This document shows, piece by piece, positions 13,808 to 28,272 of a stretch of DNA of 64,000 nucleotides. Below the pieces are notes generated by a model. The model was not told the DNA's origin. It made no database searches and was given only the letters and a program-made list of their open reading frames with translations. The stretch is taken from the NCBI GenBank assembly GCA_965112155.1, contig OZ218099.1; one strand, 5' to 3'. Origin of the DNA: Podarcis liolepis. Taxonomy: Eukaryota. How positions within the stretch are numbered: the first letter of the stretch is position 1; each line of letters begins with the position of its first letter. A program made the translations under genes and the position numbers.

Positions 13808-14444
13808 GTGAGTGGCAGAGAATGGAATCTGGGCCACAGATTCATATGGCCAAAAGTATCAGGGGGTGGGTGGGTGTGAGTGTGAGTATGTATACCTATG
13901 ACACTACAATTACAATATTCCAGCACTTGAGAATCAAAGAAAATGAGAACTTCCTTGCTGGATCCGACAGAGGCCTGTCAAATCCAGCATTCTGTCTCCA
14001 TTGATATGAGCAGCCAGATCCTTCTGGGAGCATTAAAGGGACATTCATCCTGTGGGGAATGCATTAGAGGGTTAGGATTGCTCCCTAATTGTTTAATCCA
14101 TTTTAAAGGTCATCTAATCTATTGCTCTTGACTATACCTTGCAGTAGTATATTCCTTACTTTTTGTGTGTGAGAAACTTCCAATTCATTTAATAGGCTGG
14201 CTCCAACTTAGGAATTTTTATTTGATATGAAGGCTGTGGGGGAAAGTCTTAAAACTTCTTTTTAAGTCTTAAAACTTTCTTTTAAATTTTTGTGTTTGAA
14301 TTTATTAAGATCTACTCCAGGGCTTTCAGTATCTAAAACCTAGATGAAATAATCCCAAAATGACTGCATCCATGTCATACCTCCAGCATTATCTTACCCT
14401 AGCTATGAGCTGCTTCATTTTTTGTAAAAGAAACCTTTCAACTA

Positions 14445-14684
14445 CAGTGGCACCTCGTGTTACGTACCTCCCCCCTTACGAATGCTGCGGGTTACATGAT
14501 CCGCAGACCCGGAAGTAGATGCCCCTTGTTGACCTTTGCCCCAGGATGCGAGCGGAAGTTGCGCTCCGGCGGTGCAGAAGCAGTGGGAGGCGCCATTAGG
14601 GAAAGCATGTCTCATGTTACAAGCAGTTTCCTGTTATGAATGGACCTCCGGAACGGATTAAGTACGTGACATGAGGCACCACTG
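14445..14684. mobile_element. Tc1/mariner-type MITE
   Basis: TA|CAGTGGCACCTCGTGTTACGTAC...GTACGTGACATGAGGCACCACTG|TA. Confidence 0.85.
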
Positions 14685-15165
14685 TAATCATGAAGGCATG
14701 TTGCTATCCTTCAGGAGCACAAGGGGCTAATCTGACACATGAAGGTCAGGCAAGTGGGTGTCAAATAATTGTAAACCTTTGTTCTTCAGCTGGAACTAAG
14801 GGCCAGGCCATATATTAATGGAGTGGAGGAATTGCTGTTTTCACTATAGTGGTCGCTCCACTGATGTCTGTGGAAAGAACCCGCACAAGTCAGGCAGATT
14901 ATTCTTCCCATGGTGGTATGCAGGTGTATTGAGAAGCAGAATTAGTCCATCCCACATGGATCCATTACGTAGATGTTAATCAGAGCAGTGCTGGATCCAG
15001 AAGGGACACCTGTGTTTCTCGTTAGGGTTTAACTCTGCCCTCTGTGGTGACCTATAGGACACACTTGCTTGGATGGTAGTGCCCTGCTGTAGGTCAGGAT
15101 TGGGTTCTACTTCCTGGCAGTGGAGGCAGCACTGACTGGGTTTTTTCCTCCCCTCCTTTGGCCAG

Positions 15166-15356
15166 CTGCATGAGAAGTTTGAACATCTAAAAAGAATGCA
15201 TCAGGAAGAGAAGAGGAAAGTGGAGGAGAAGAGAAGAGAGCTGGAGGAGGAGATGAACGCCTTCAACAGGAGGAAAGTGGCAGTTGAAACCCTGCAGTGT
15301 CAGTCTCTGCAAGCCACTTCACAGCAGCCGCTGAAGAAGGACAAAGACAAGAAAAA
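15166..15356 (+). CDS. SEPTIN8: Septin-8 last common exon ([18 protein letters not shown]...[11 protein letters not shown])
   Basis: Acceptor ctttggccag, donor AA|GTAAGC (phase 2), 191 nt. Confidence 0.96.
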
Positions 15357-18300
15357 GTAAGCAATTTGACATGAGCTTCACTTTGTTTCCATCCTTTCCC
15401 AAGACATTCACACCCAAGTCAAGTCATCTAAAAATATTGCAACAGATGAGTTACTATTTTTTTTTTTTTTTTTGAGTGGTGGGAAGGAATGAGGAGGGGC
15501 TTAAGAAGTGGTTTAGACAATTTCCAGAATTATAAAGAAACCCCAATTTCCTGTTCTAACAGAATAAGCCAAGGAAATGTTGTATAAATTTTAGCCGTAG
15601 TTTCGCAACCATACCAAAGATTTAAGGAGGGAAAAGACCTCCATCTTAGACTAATGAAGATTGATCCAGTAAATGCCTCTTCTGGCCCCAGGATAGTCTT
15701 GTCACTTTTTCCTGAAGTGCATTAACAATGAAAACAAGCATAAAACAATTTCATACAAAAACAAGTTCATATACACACACACATATCTACACACATACAC
15801 ACACAACTAGTATTCTTTGTCTTCTGGCCACCATGGAAGGGAAATAAGAGAGTTCTATATAAACAGATCAGTATTGTTTTATGTAGTGTTGACATTAAGC
15901 ATCCCCAACAGGGTTTCTTGTTCCATGGGATCTTGAAATGCAGTTGATTTCATTTTTGGTTAGAGTAGGTTCTGTTCTCCATGTAGGTCTACTCATTATA
16001 GTGGACAAATTTAATGTTCAGGCTGCATGTTGTGTCATACCTCTGCATGAACTTGTGTGGTTGCCTTGATACAGAGTCAGACCATTAGCCAATCCAGCCC
16101 ATTACGCTGAGAAGCAGTGGCTGCCCAGAGTCTCAGTCAGAGATCTTTCCTACACTGCTGTGTGAGATCCTGATAACTGGAGATCTTACAGATAAAACTG
16201 GGAACCTCCCCTCAGGCAAAGCGTATTCTGTACCACTGAGTCATGTTTCATCCCTCCAGATAAACTGGTACATGGGACCCTAGCAATTACCTTGTTGGAG
16301 CAGATCAAAGGTCATCTAGTTCAAAGAGGGGCCCGCCATGTCTCTGGGAAGTCTAGAAAAGAGGATATTGTGGAGATACCACTTTTGATCTTTGTCTCCA
16401 GTGTCTGTTAACTGGCAGACTAAAACAGGACTTCCATATTCAAAATATATTTGTTGGATCTCATTGTAAAGCTGTCTAAAACAGTGACCACACTGCATCT
16501 TGTGATACCGAATTCCACAAACGAGTTTTCAATATCCGAATAAGCACATTTTTGTTTTGAATCAGCTGCTAAAAGTGTTTCTCCGATGTACTCTTCCGGC
16601 AGGTTATCACCTCTTTATAGCTGCTACTCGTAGTTGAGCCAGCTGCAATACAAAATGGGGATAAACAGGGATAAAAACCATGCTACTACTTTGCTACACC
16701 TGGTATTTTATACTTATTAAAATATTGAAGTTCATGGAGGTCCAGGCCTTGTTTTTGGTAACCATGCATCATAATGATAATGAAGGTGAGAATACAAGGC
16801 AAGGATTAGCTCAGTTCAAGTTTTAATTTAAGTACAGTTTCCTGCTACCTGTGTGAGATTGTTTGAAGACAATGAAATCCCTCCACTGCAAATTAATAAT
16901 TTTCCTGCTTAGAATGTACTGAAACTTCTGTGGCATATTTATTGTTCTTCTTCTTGCTAATACTTCTTTTTCTTGCTAATACCATGGAGGACGCCTGCCT
17001 CTCATCTTTAGCATCTCTTCTACTTGATCTAGGATCCAAGAGCCATAGCTTGTTTTATGAGATATACTCTGATTCACGTCTGACAGTTTTCAGTGATCTG
17101 CTGTAATGCAGTCTTTCTTTGTGATACGGTTGCATGTCCAGCCTTTGAGATTAAAGGTGTCCTGTACTTAAAAAGGCGAGGATAAAGCTGAAACGTCTTC
17201 CTCAACCTACGCTTGCCTATGAATACTTGCCAGCATTCATATGCATACCTAGCCAGCTACAGAAGTTGTGCATATCTTCTCCTTCTGGTCCATTCAAGGA
17301 CTAGTACGGCAGTTTTGATGCTTTGTTAACTCTAGAGAATGTAACATGCATTCTGGTCTCTGCTGTGGTCTGTAGCCTCCCCAGACCTCTGCCCCTGGTT
17401 TTTCTACCCTCAGTTCAGTCAGAGGCAGCTCACCTGTTCAGGTATTCAGAACCACACAGCAATAAGCCTGTGAGGGAAGAGAGCAGGACTGTCACACTGT
17501 GCTGGTACCTCCTGCCCCACACTGCCACCACTTCCCAATGCTGTCTGTGCATGTTTGCTGAGGGTTCTGGCTCACAGGGAAAGCCCACGTGTCCATCAGG
17601 CTCCTGCATTGCAGACATTCCCCCAACACAGAGACAGAATTGGAGAGAGGCTAGCATGGATGTGGAGGCAGGGCAAGGGTGCGCAGTCCTATTTTTCTTC
17701 GTCATGCAATTATAGTCATGGTTGTGAAGGCCTTTGTAGACCTGAAGTTGCTTAGCACATACGTTGATATCCTCATTCTGTTGTTAGAGGTCAGGGTCCT
17801 AGACGATGCTCAGCTGATGCTAGCTGCCAACTTTTCCAGATTCTTATTCCCAAGAGTGGGCTCACGTGTTACCTTTGTAGCATGAAAGCCACTTCTGCCT
17901 GGACCCAGGGCACTGCTAGATTAGTGACACCTGTAAACAAGGAACTCGCGTGAGTTAGGATCATGGTGGGGATCCTTCTTTCCTACTGTTGTCAGGAAGT
18001 GGTGGTGACATCACTCTACCACGTGAATGAATCCTCCAATGATAATATTGTGAGGGATGTCAAATAGCCCGCCTTGGATCCGTGATCTCTGTTAGTTGCT
18101 TATTACTGCCCAGATACAATGCACGCAGCTTGGGCCCTAGGAGTAATAATGCAGGTTTTATAAGAGATTTTTAATGATCCGTGTAATACAAGAACTGTTG
18201 TCCTTGCAGCTACAGTGTAAAAGAGAGGAATGGATGACATTCTGCAAGTGGCATATAGTGTACCAGAGCTGGGGAGGGTGCAGAAAAAGGTGTAGGCAAG

Positions 18301-19315
18301 GTTGGGGGGGGGGAAACTCACCTGAAGCAAGTTGATGTGAACTTGACAGCCAATGACTTTCTGAGCTAATGTGTGTTACAATATTCTGTCAAGTTGCTTT
18401 GCCTCAGAATGTTAGTAGTTTTGCATTAACTATTTAACTTCAAGGAAAGAACCTTAGTGTTTTTATGTGATTTATATTCTTTATCTTTTTAAAAAAAATT
18501 ATATGATTGTGTGACTAAGCTATAGAACTGACCAACAACTACATAGTCTCAGATGATGTAATATTTGCTGTGTAATACACAGTGAAATCAATTTTTTCCA
18601 TGCATACTTACCCTAGGTAAGTGGATGGTGGCGATTGTAAGATAAATTGCCCATCTCTTACTAGTAGCTCAAACTAAAACGTCTAGCACAAGTTGTAGAA
18701 AAGTTAAAGAATTGGGCTATAAGATTGCTGTAGGGGCTTCTGTCTCATATACAAGTGGCTTCTTTGTTCTTTACGCATGCTAAATTTCAGCCTCTTGTCT
18801 TCCGTGAATTAAGAATGTTGGTGATGATTTGTGCTTGTGTTAAGCTTAATATAATGTCGTATCCTCTTGACAGATGCCTGGTTATCATGATAAGTTCTAT
18901 CTAACAGTACTAGTACCTTTTTTTTCCTTTTTTTAAAAAAATCAGCAGTTTTGGTGAACAGTCTATTTATATTTCTGTATGAATCTTATGGAGCAGCAGT
19001 GTAACTATCCAATTAGCCTGAGCAAGATGACTTACAATATGATGAGCTAAAGTGAGTCACAATAGCCTGTCTAGAACACCAGTGTCAGCCACCGCCAATC
19101 CAGGATCTTGAACAGGCCCCAATCCTTCTAACAGAGATCTTAAAAACAGAAATGCCTGAGATTGAACTAGATGACTCATAAATTTAAAACCTGAGGTCTG
19201 TTATTCAGGTAAACTGATTAATCTTCTCTCTAGTGCAATTAATTAGATTTTTTGTTTTGTCTTTTTTAAAAAGTAAGGCAAGAATGATTTGATTTTGATC
19301 ATGGAGTGGTCTGGT

Positions 19316-19770
19316 TTACATAGAACATTAAACATGGTTTAATGTTATGTGGCCAAACCTTCGCAAGCCCAAGCAAAGTGTCAGACTCACTCACATCACT
19401 TTCCTCCTTCTCCAGCCAGGAGTGTGACTTCTGCTGAGCTTAGTTTAACTTGCAAATTAACTCAGCTTAGCATTACATATGTACCAGCAATCCTGGTTGG
19501 AAACTAGTAATGGTTAGTGAAACAAGCCAGCTTCGTAATCCATAGTTTGAGGTTGGCTTGTTTGGAAACTAACCATGGATTGATTTAAACCAGGATACCG
19601 GGTTCATATGTAACACTAAGACAATATTTTCTGGAATTGAAACTAAACTCAGCAGAAGTTCTATTGGCTGCACAACAGAGGAAGGGAAGAGAATACTTGC
19701 CTGATGCTTTGCGCAGGCTTGGGGAGGCTCATTCACACAACACTAGACCTTGGTTTAGTGAGGCATGTAA
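19316..19770. mobile_element. Old palindromic DNA-transposon remnant
   Basis: Degenerate inverted symmetry centred near 19540 (AAACAAGCCAGCTTC / GAGGTTGGCTTGTTT; TCCTGGTT / AACCAGGA). Confidence 0.5.
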
Positions 19771-19886
19771 GTCCCAAAGGATCACATTGCTTTTTTGCCA
19801 CTAACATTGTATATGATATTGCTTTACATTTTCGTTATGTTTGATTTTCTATCGTTTAATTTTTGCTTTTTATGTTTTCGTTTCAG

Positions 19887-19890
19887 TTGA
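19887..19890 (+). CDS. SEPTIN8: Septin-8 alternative terminal exon A (gives ...KDKDKKN-stop), followed by a long 3'UTR
   Basis: Branch point CACTAAC 19799-19805, about 105-nt AG-free U-rich zone, tttcag|T TGA. AATAAA clusters near 20586-20600 and 22364-22377. Matches the KKN-stop ending known for SEPT6-group septins. Confidence 0.75.
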
Positions 19891-22800
19891 TCTCACACAC
19901 AGACTTGTATGCCAGGAGCGGACTCTGTGCATTCATATGTTTTAGTTGCTTGCTTTTCCACCTTGTGAATCCTTCTGTCATACCATTGTGCAAGTGAAAC
20001 AGCATGAAAGACAAACTGACCATCTGGTGCGTTTTTCAGTGACTGGATTGTGACTGTGCAGGATGTTAACGTTTTTAAGAAAACATTTGCCTTGTCTTTG
20101 TAGATTCCCTGTGGAAAATACTCGTGTTGCTAGTTCTGAAATGTCAGGGGTTTAATTTGTTTTAAACCCAGTGAATTACTATCTATTTATAAAATGGCCC
20201 TAACTAGATCTAATACATTTTTAAAAATGCAATCTTGATGAAAGAGTTCCATATAAAAGTTTCTGTTGGGAACCTGTTTATTTTCATTTTTCAAATTTAT
20301 TTTAGGTTAAATATCACCAATATTTTATTTTTAACAAAAATTGCAATCTGAATGCATTACGAGCTTGAAGTGACACTTTAAATTTATTATTTGAAGAAGG
20401 CAGTTTCTACTTCATAACGTGCACACTAGTGTGCAGTTTAAATAAGACAAACATCTTGTATATTGTTCTTCTATTTATATTATGTTGCTGAAGTGCAACT
20501 CCTTATTAAACAGTAGTTCCTTTTCTTTCACTAGTGTATGCTCCTGTCTGAGTAGATGTTCATCCTCAAACTTATTATTTTTAATAATAAATAAAATAAA
20601 TTACAATTCCATAATCAAAAGTAGAACCTAGAAAATTGCAGTTAATGTTTATAAATCACTCTCTGCATCCATCTCCACTCTGGATGCTACTTCTGCCTTT
20701 AATGCTGCTCCCATTTTTTAAACCTGTTGATTTTGACTATCCCAAAATGACTGTAAAAACAAACAGGATTTGGATATTTCAGTGGCTGGAAGGAGATGTT
20801 CTCCTTTTTATGGTGGCGGTGAAACAATCAGTAAAAATGGCTTTGATAGAAAGAATTCCCTGTACTTCTTGAACCGAAGGCAGCTATCAGTTAAAGTAAT
20901 CCTGCAAACACCTAGATGTGAATATTTTTAAGACAATGTCTTTGTGCAGATTTACATTCTTTAGCCAAGTTCACGCACATGAGTTGACCAAATCCAAAAA
21001 AGCCTCTTTAGACGAAATTAAGCGGGCTCCTTAACATGATTTGCTTTTCCAAATGTATCATGCCTTTTTGCCATGTGCTTTGTGGAAGGATGCATTGAGA
21101 CAAGGGCTTGTGAAATGACTGCAACTTTTAGGAGCATCTCAGCCTGCCAGACAGGCAACCCTGAGATCCAGCAGGGTTGCTTGCTGTGAGTGGGGATGCA
21201 AATATATGTTGGACACCTTCATGAATTAAAAGTGAAAATGGCAAAGTTCCATGTCCAGCAGATCTCCCTGTAGTGAGGAAAAATGAGTTGCATGGCCCAC
21301 TTAACACTAATTGGGCTGCAGGGCAAAGATTTCTCAGGTCATCTATGAACTTCCACAATGTTGTTGAACATCACATTTTATTCTTTCCAGAAGCTTTGGT
21401 GAGAAAACCCATATTCACGGCTAGCTGTAAGAGCTTGTTTGCATAGAGAAGTACAGATGGGAGGCTGGAAGACTTACTAAGGCTTGTGTACACACACTCC
21501 TGTTTCGTCTGCATTCAGTGGGCTCCCACCACTGGTTTGAGAAGTCATGGATGCACAAAGCCTGTAGCTCCTTGTGGAAGACTGCATTTTTATTCCTGCC
21601 CGCCCCAGCCCCGCCAAGCCAGCTCCCATCTGAGCTGAGAACTGCTCATTGGGTAAAAGTATCCCTTTCCTGTCTCCAACCTCAAGTGGGAACATTCAGG
21701 TGGGAACAATATACCAAGCCATGCTGATGTGTACAACAGCACGCAAATGCAGTTTTGAAACACAGTGAAAAAGAACAACCACCTTGCGTTTTAAGCCAAT
21801 AATGTGTACACAGCCTGAGAGTCTCCTGCCAGTTCTTTTCTGCTGTATTGTGCAAACCTGGGATGCACCTGTCACCCACAGGGAGACATGGACAAGCCAG
21901 GGGTCACACAGTTCCCCACCACCACCTCCCCCCGTCTCTGTGTAATGTTAAGTGACAGTTCACATCTCTTTTTTGCTATGCAATTAATTTAACCTTCCAC
22001 TTCAGTTCTCTTCAGTGCTGTAGCATAGCCGGTTTTTAATTTTTGAAAGAGCAAAAGGCATCTTTTCTTGCCTGTCTCAAAGTAACATTTAGCTATAGTC
22101 CAGGTCTAAGGTTCCTCATCTTTTCCCACAGAAGCCCATTACACATGCTCAGATATTGAAACCCTGTCTTTTGTTTGCTTGTTTGTTTTTCTCTTAAAAG
22201 GACAACGTCTGAATATATTGAAAAATATGTTACAGTATTACTTGATAATTGTAAAAAAAACCTCATGAAAAAATTATACTGGTACTGTTTAATAGCAGAC
22301 CCACCTAATGGTGGTATAGTGGGTAGTTAACCATTTTTTAGTCGTTTGTAGTAATCTGACTTTAATAAATAAATAAAAAGGCTGTGCCTCTATTAAGCTA
22401 AATATATTTTCTAAAATATTAGCTTTCAAAATAGTAGGGAAGGGGGAATGGTTGTGCACAGGATCAAATATGCTGCATTATGTACACGATGACAATCCTG
22501 ACACACGATCGGTTAAAGTTGCAAAAGCAAACCATGTTCGCTTTTGTGAAAACAAGATTTCACACGAGCCTGGAAATTAATTAATATGAACAAAGCTGCA
22601 GGGTTGTGGAATAAAGGTGTGGTTTTTAAAATCAGATATGCAAACTAATATAGCATGGTGAGTTTTCCAGCAGTTGCATAAGGCAGCAAGATCATCTATG
22701 CAAATATTTTCTTTCTGATTGGCTTCCTGGCAATCACTTTGTTTCAGCCCTATTTGAAAGTTTATGAAAAAGTGGTAGCAATAATGAAAAGATAAAACAT

Positions 22801-25800
22801 GTAGACACATGGCCATAATGGCAATATATTTCTGATGAAGACATTCAGAATGTATGTAACAATATATTAAATACAATTTTATATATATATGTATGTATGT
22901 ATGTATGTTTGTGTGTGTGTTTGTACCTTTATGTTGTGCTGACCATTTTGTCATTTTTAGTGAAATACTGGCCTCAGCGTTTGCTGGCCTCAATCTCTTT
23001 GTTAAACTTTCTGCAATAGTCTTCCCCAGTAGAAACCAGTATCATTTTTCTCAGCTGGGATAGTACTTGACTTTGCATTTTTTGTATGAGACCAAATTGC
23101 ATATAGTAGGTTCTATATGTTATTTCTTATTTAATAAGTTCCTGGTTATTACAATGTGACACTAATCTTAAATTAATTCTTAAAACTAAGCTTGAAGATT
23201 CACCTCTTATGTGTGAGGTAAGAAAAACAGGAAGACAACAATCTGTTCAGATCTCTCCGTTCTGTATGTAGTTTGACGAATGGAAAGACCACTTTCCAGT
23301 GAACGTGCATATTTTTCTGTTTTCAAGCTTGCATATTTTAGATGACTATTCATTGTGTAGTTTGCATATTTTGATTGGAGCAAAGCAGTTATTTCCACCT
23401 GGAAGATCGTACTGAATGAAACTTACAAGGAGGCAACAGGAAAACTTATGGAACTGATTTCATGAATTGCTAACATGTCACTCTCATTTTTGTTTTACAA
23501 GTGTGTTTTTTTTAAGCTTTCACTTTTTCAGTTTCCTTTGTACTTCTTTCTTTTTATTAAATGTTACATTTTATTTTGAGTTCTGGTCTTTTTATTTTGA
23601 TATATATATTGCTTTCAACCTATATGAATTAGACCAGTATAATGGGGGGGGGGGGGAATAATTTAACAAATGCAGTTTGCATGTAAAGCTCTGCTCTATC
23701 ATCTCCTTAAACTGATGGGATGAAACCATAATTTCACTGATCTTGGTGGCTCCAGACCATTTTACATACACAAACACTTGGAATTAGGGTTTGTCTGGGT
23801 TTTCAAACAGTTGCATTGGGCGATATTGCATACTTCTATATCATTTTGCTCCTAAGGGTGGAGCAAGTTCACACATTTGTTACCCTGCTCTGGTATACAT
23901 CAAAGGCTATCTTGCTCTTTACAGAATTGTCAAGATGGCACAGCATAATGCTATAAGGCCAAACTTGCTCAAAAGAAACACAAGGCTTTACTTCTGGTCA
24001 AATCTAAGCGAGATGATGTTTGGCTTGGACATGAGGCAAAGTGCCTAATGTGCATGGCGTGTGCAAGGAATAATCTGGTTAGAGAGAAGTTTAAGGAAGT
24101 TGCATTGTCATGTATTATCAGCATTGACTTCCCATGATAATAGTTTTAACTCTGAATTATGGAATGTATTGGCAACATAAAGGTGCCAAGGTAGAGAATC
24201 TGAAGAGGCCTTTCCTTTACAGGTAAAAGGAACTATAGTAGTAGAATTTCAAATTTGCAGTTGTTGGGACAGAACAAGTGAGGATGCTAGGATGAAATCT
24301 GCTTCTTCACAATGAGCCAGCTAATAAAAATGGGACCAACAGGCGGTGAAAATACCTAGAAACTAGGGAATCCAACATATAGTCCACCAGATGTTGTTTC
24401 CTTCTTTCACTTTAAAAGGGCCTGAGCTGTATGCAGGGCAGGCCCACTCAAATGGTTGCTGAGTAGTGGCAATCTGCTTCAAGTTATAGTGGGAGATGCA
24501 TGCACTTTGTACAGGTCCAAGAGATTTCACACTTCATTCACAACACCTGAAAAATACATCTCTAGAACAGACATAGAAGTTAAGTAATATCTTTTTACAA
24601 TGATAACATGAGTAACTGAACTTTGAATGGCTTCTGAAGCATCACAGTTGCTACAGGTATTGCAATTCAGTATAAGGAATACACGTTTGGGGGTGGGGAA
24701 GACAGGGCAAGCAAAATGCACCTCCCCACACTTGTCACCTTTCGCTTATTTTTACAATGTAATGTCTCAAGGGTTTACCTATGGGGCTTGCCTTCTTAAG
24801 TCTTACCATGGTGTCTTAAATATTGGAGTGACTTGGGCATGGCTTGATCTTCTTTTAAGAGGCAGGGACATCTTGTGGCAAGTGAGGACAAAAACAGGCA
24901 GAAAGGTCAAATAGTTGGTTACAGTCTGATAAAGTTATCCGTCGGGCCATGGATCCTTCCGTCTTTAATGGAAACAGTAAAAGCAAATTAAGGGTTTTGC
25001 ATATAGACTTTGTATGTGTAGTTAGGCGAGAAGAAATAGATGGGCCAGATGTGGCTTCTTTTGGGCTCTCCTTATGCTATATTCCAACGAGTGGCAAGAA
25101 CTGGGGGAAGGGCAGATGAGCAATAAGCTTCGCAGGTTGAAACCAGATCATGGCCAAATGTGTCAGTGAAGGGTTCAACAGAGTTGCTCAAGGCTGCTTC
25201 CAGATTTGGGGGCAAAGTGCATTCTGATATCATGCTTATTATACTGATGAACCCCTCAGGCTTTCTTGGCTGTGGCGGTGGTGACAGTAGCAGCAGCTGC
25301 TGCCATTTTAATTTCCCAGAGTGCCCGGTGCTGTATCGTGTTGGGAAATTAAAATGGAGGCTTACACACCTAGCTGCCTGATGGGGCCCTGTTGGAGTAC
25401 TGACAGCCCAGAGGCTGATCTAGGATTCTGGGTGGCAATATTGATCCGCAAGCTTTATTCAGGTTCTTTAGTTGTATTTGCCCTCTGTCCTCTTCTTTCA
25501 TTTTAAGTCTGTTTGAATCATTGAGAGCAGGTTACTTATGAAAGTATTTTTTTTTGTATTTGAAAGATGCTAAGTGTGGGATGTAGTATGGCTTAGCTGT
25601 TGCTGTACTATCAAACTTCAATATATCTAGCTGCATACACTTTCCTTTTATATTTTATCTGTTTAGAATGGTAGTGACTACATATCTCCCTTAAAAGTTC
25701 AGCAGCAGGGTTAAATAGCCGCCTTCTTTAAACAAGACGGTAGAAATTTCCATGCATATACCTGGACTTCTATATTTCCTTGAGTTGCAACCATGTGGTT

Positions 25801-25872
25801 TCATGCTGTACACTTGATGTAACTGAGTGAACCTGCAAGCTAAACACTGATTCTCTCTTGTTCTTTCTGTAG

Positions 25873-25927
25873 CTTCTTTAGTCTTCCCAGTTCGCGCTCC
25901 ATAACATCAGGAAGATATGTAAATTAG
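25873..25927 (+). CDS. SEPTIN8: Candidate septin-8 alternative terminal exon B (...KKNFFSLPSSRSITSGRYVN-stop)
   Basis: Strong acceptor ttctctcttgttctttctgtag, correct phase, TAG at 25925-25927, AATAAA at 26703-26708. Confidence 0.55.
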
Positions 25928-27976
25928 AAGATTTATTAAGGCCAAAACACCTCATGCAGAAGAAATTTAATTGGTGCTTCTACTTTTTTTATGCTTGCAA
26001 TGTATTGCACAGAAGAGATTCCAAAGCAAGAAGTGATTTGGACAACATTGCCTTGACCAGGTTTCTTGATTAAGTAGACCTCTGATAATCCAACCATAAA
26101 TTGTTAATTCCAGCTAAATGCATGGCATGCACTAAAACCAAAGAACTAATCTTCTTACATGATGGGTGAAAGAACCCCAAACAAAAGTTTTCCAGTGGCA
26201 GACTGAACACACTTGGCATGTGTTCAGCATGAAATAGATGCTACTTTAAACTGCCGTTGTAAATGGGAGCTTGATATGTTTGTCTATAAAATTGGCTTTG
26301 GGTCTGTAAAGTAACAGTGTGTCCTAATTATGCTTCATAGACAAAAGTCCCACTCCTTATAACTTCCTTTTGTGGGACTAATAATAACTGCCCAATGTAT
26401 TTCAGATTGGGGCTTAAAATACCAAATTTTAACTATCCCTAACCTTCCCATGAAATTTTAGAATCTTTTAGTGCTAACTATTTTGCAGAGGTTTCCCCTA
26501 TATAAAATGTATTGTCAAGGTATTTTCTATGGAAGGAAAGTCACTCACTAGTTTCCTAAAAAGAAGGTGCCTAATTTGATAGAGGGAGGCTCCTCCTTGA
26601 CCCATTTTCTTCTCCTTCCTTCCTTCCTTCCTTCTGTATTTACATCTGTTTGTTGTTACAGGAAATGGCTGGAGTGCCCCCAATCTTTTCCTATCTGCAA
26701 ATAATAAATTGAACTTGATTGTGAAACCATTTTAAAAGGACAACTGATTGGGGAGGGGAAGAAGAGCCAGGAAGCATGTGGAAAGGAATTGCCATAGTGG
26801 AACTGAGAGGGTTGTGTTGTTGCCCATGCTCTCCTTTTAGCAAACAGGGTTTATTTTGTAACGCAAAGGCCTAAATTCCTGCCCTGTTCAGAGATAAGAT
26901 CTAAAAAGACAAGGACGACACCTAGGAAGCAAAATAATATTAAACATTCCATTAACAAGCTATCTTATTGTGTTAAGTCAGAAAGCTATGTGGATAGGGA
27001 CCAATATGGGCTTTGGTGTATTTTGTAATTTATTTATATTTTTTGCAAAATAAGTGAAACACATAAATCAAACTGACACATATTGGAAAGGCAAAATGTG
27101 AGAACAATTGCTGTGAAGTTGGTGCCCTACGGTATTCCTAAAATGCAGCAGTTGGCTCAATTTTCTCCAAATTTAGCAGTTCTCTGGGGGGTCATTCACA
27201 GCATGGCCACTCTTCCCCACTCTTCCTGACCACGGGTGGGAGTTCCCACCAGTAATTCCATAGAGAAATTCCTGTTAATGGCCAACAGCACCCAGTGTCT
27301 CAATAGCTGCTTACTTTCTTAATCTCAGCCACCTTTCTTGGTATCGCCCCGAAATGTCTGAGGGATGCAAGCGCTATGACTGTATAGCAACTGTTTCCAG
27401 AGTTTTCATCTCCCTGTGCCCTTAGATCTTGGTGAGCACGAATTCAAGGGGAGATGTTGTTTTGTGTCGTGAGGGCTACGAGTAAGGTACCAGAAGATGA
27501 AGGCAGCAGCTGCAGTGTTTTACAAATAAGAAACAGCTTGAATTCTGTTAGGTAGGTGACAGAAAGTGGTGTAAACATGGGGTGCATAGCTCTGGTTGTT
27601 TCTCCCGGCCCAGCCTGGTGCTTCAAGAGGGTATTTTTTGCAACACCCTGCTGCTCATGCTGGCCAGGCAGGACAGGGGAACGTTGTCTCTTTGCAGTGC
27701 CAGCTTCCAGTCTAGCAAGACCAAGAGGCCCAGATCAGGTCTGTTGCCCTCACTTGACAGCAGCACTGTCCACACAGGATCCTGCACTCCTGCCCTCAAT
27801 GCTGCCAGAGATGCCACCCCACGTGCAGTTTTGGGAAGCACACCGGGGTGCTCATTGACAGGGCTCCCCCAATGAACAGCAGAGCTCCTCAAGCCAGAGC
27901 CCCAATGTGGGGCCACCTCCACCCCATCTGAACAAGTTCCATAACGGCGGATCAGGGGCATGAGTTGCTCTTCCTA

Positions 27977-28101
27977 TAGCTCAGTTGGTGGAGCACGAGA
28001 CTCTTAATACCATGTGTTTGAGTCTCATGTTAGGCAAAAATAAATCCTCCATTGCATGGGGTAGGACTGGATGATCCTTGGGGTCCCTTCCAACTCTATG
28101 A
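27977..28101 (+). mobile_element. tRNA-derived SINE with CR1-like tail (Squam3-type)
   Basis: TAGCTCAGTTGGTGGAGC A-box head resembling tRNA-Lys; tail GGTCCCTTCCAACTCTATGA. Confidence 0.75.
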
Positions 28102-28230
28102 ACATACTGCATATATTCCTATTATATTCCCATTATTTAATACAGTAAATATAAACAATCAATAGAGTTCAGTACCATTGCCATTCTCTGATCAGACTGA
28201 AAGAAACTGCAGAGATGTGATTCCGGGAAA

Positions 28231-28272
28231 GAAGAAAAAACACAGACACAATATTTCAAGTACATTTTTATA
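28231..28272 (-). terminator. Candidate CCNI2 polyadenylation site
   Basis: Minus-strand TATAAA variant (28272-28267) followed about 17 nt later by GU/U-rich TGTGTCTGTGTTTTTTCTTC. Confidence 0.35.

Noticed and set aside
17390-18905. Further SEPTIN8 terminal-exon candidates (acceptors near 17413 and 18873)
   Set aside because: Acceptor-like sequence only; peptides unrecognised and no independent support.
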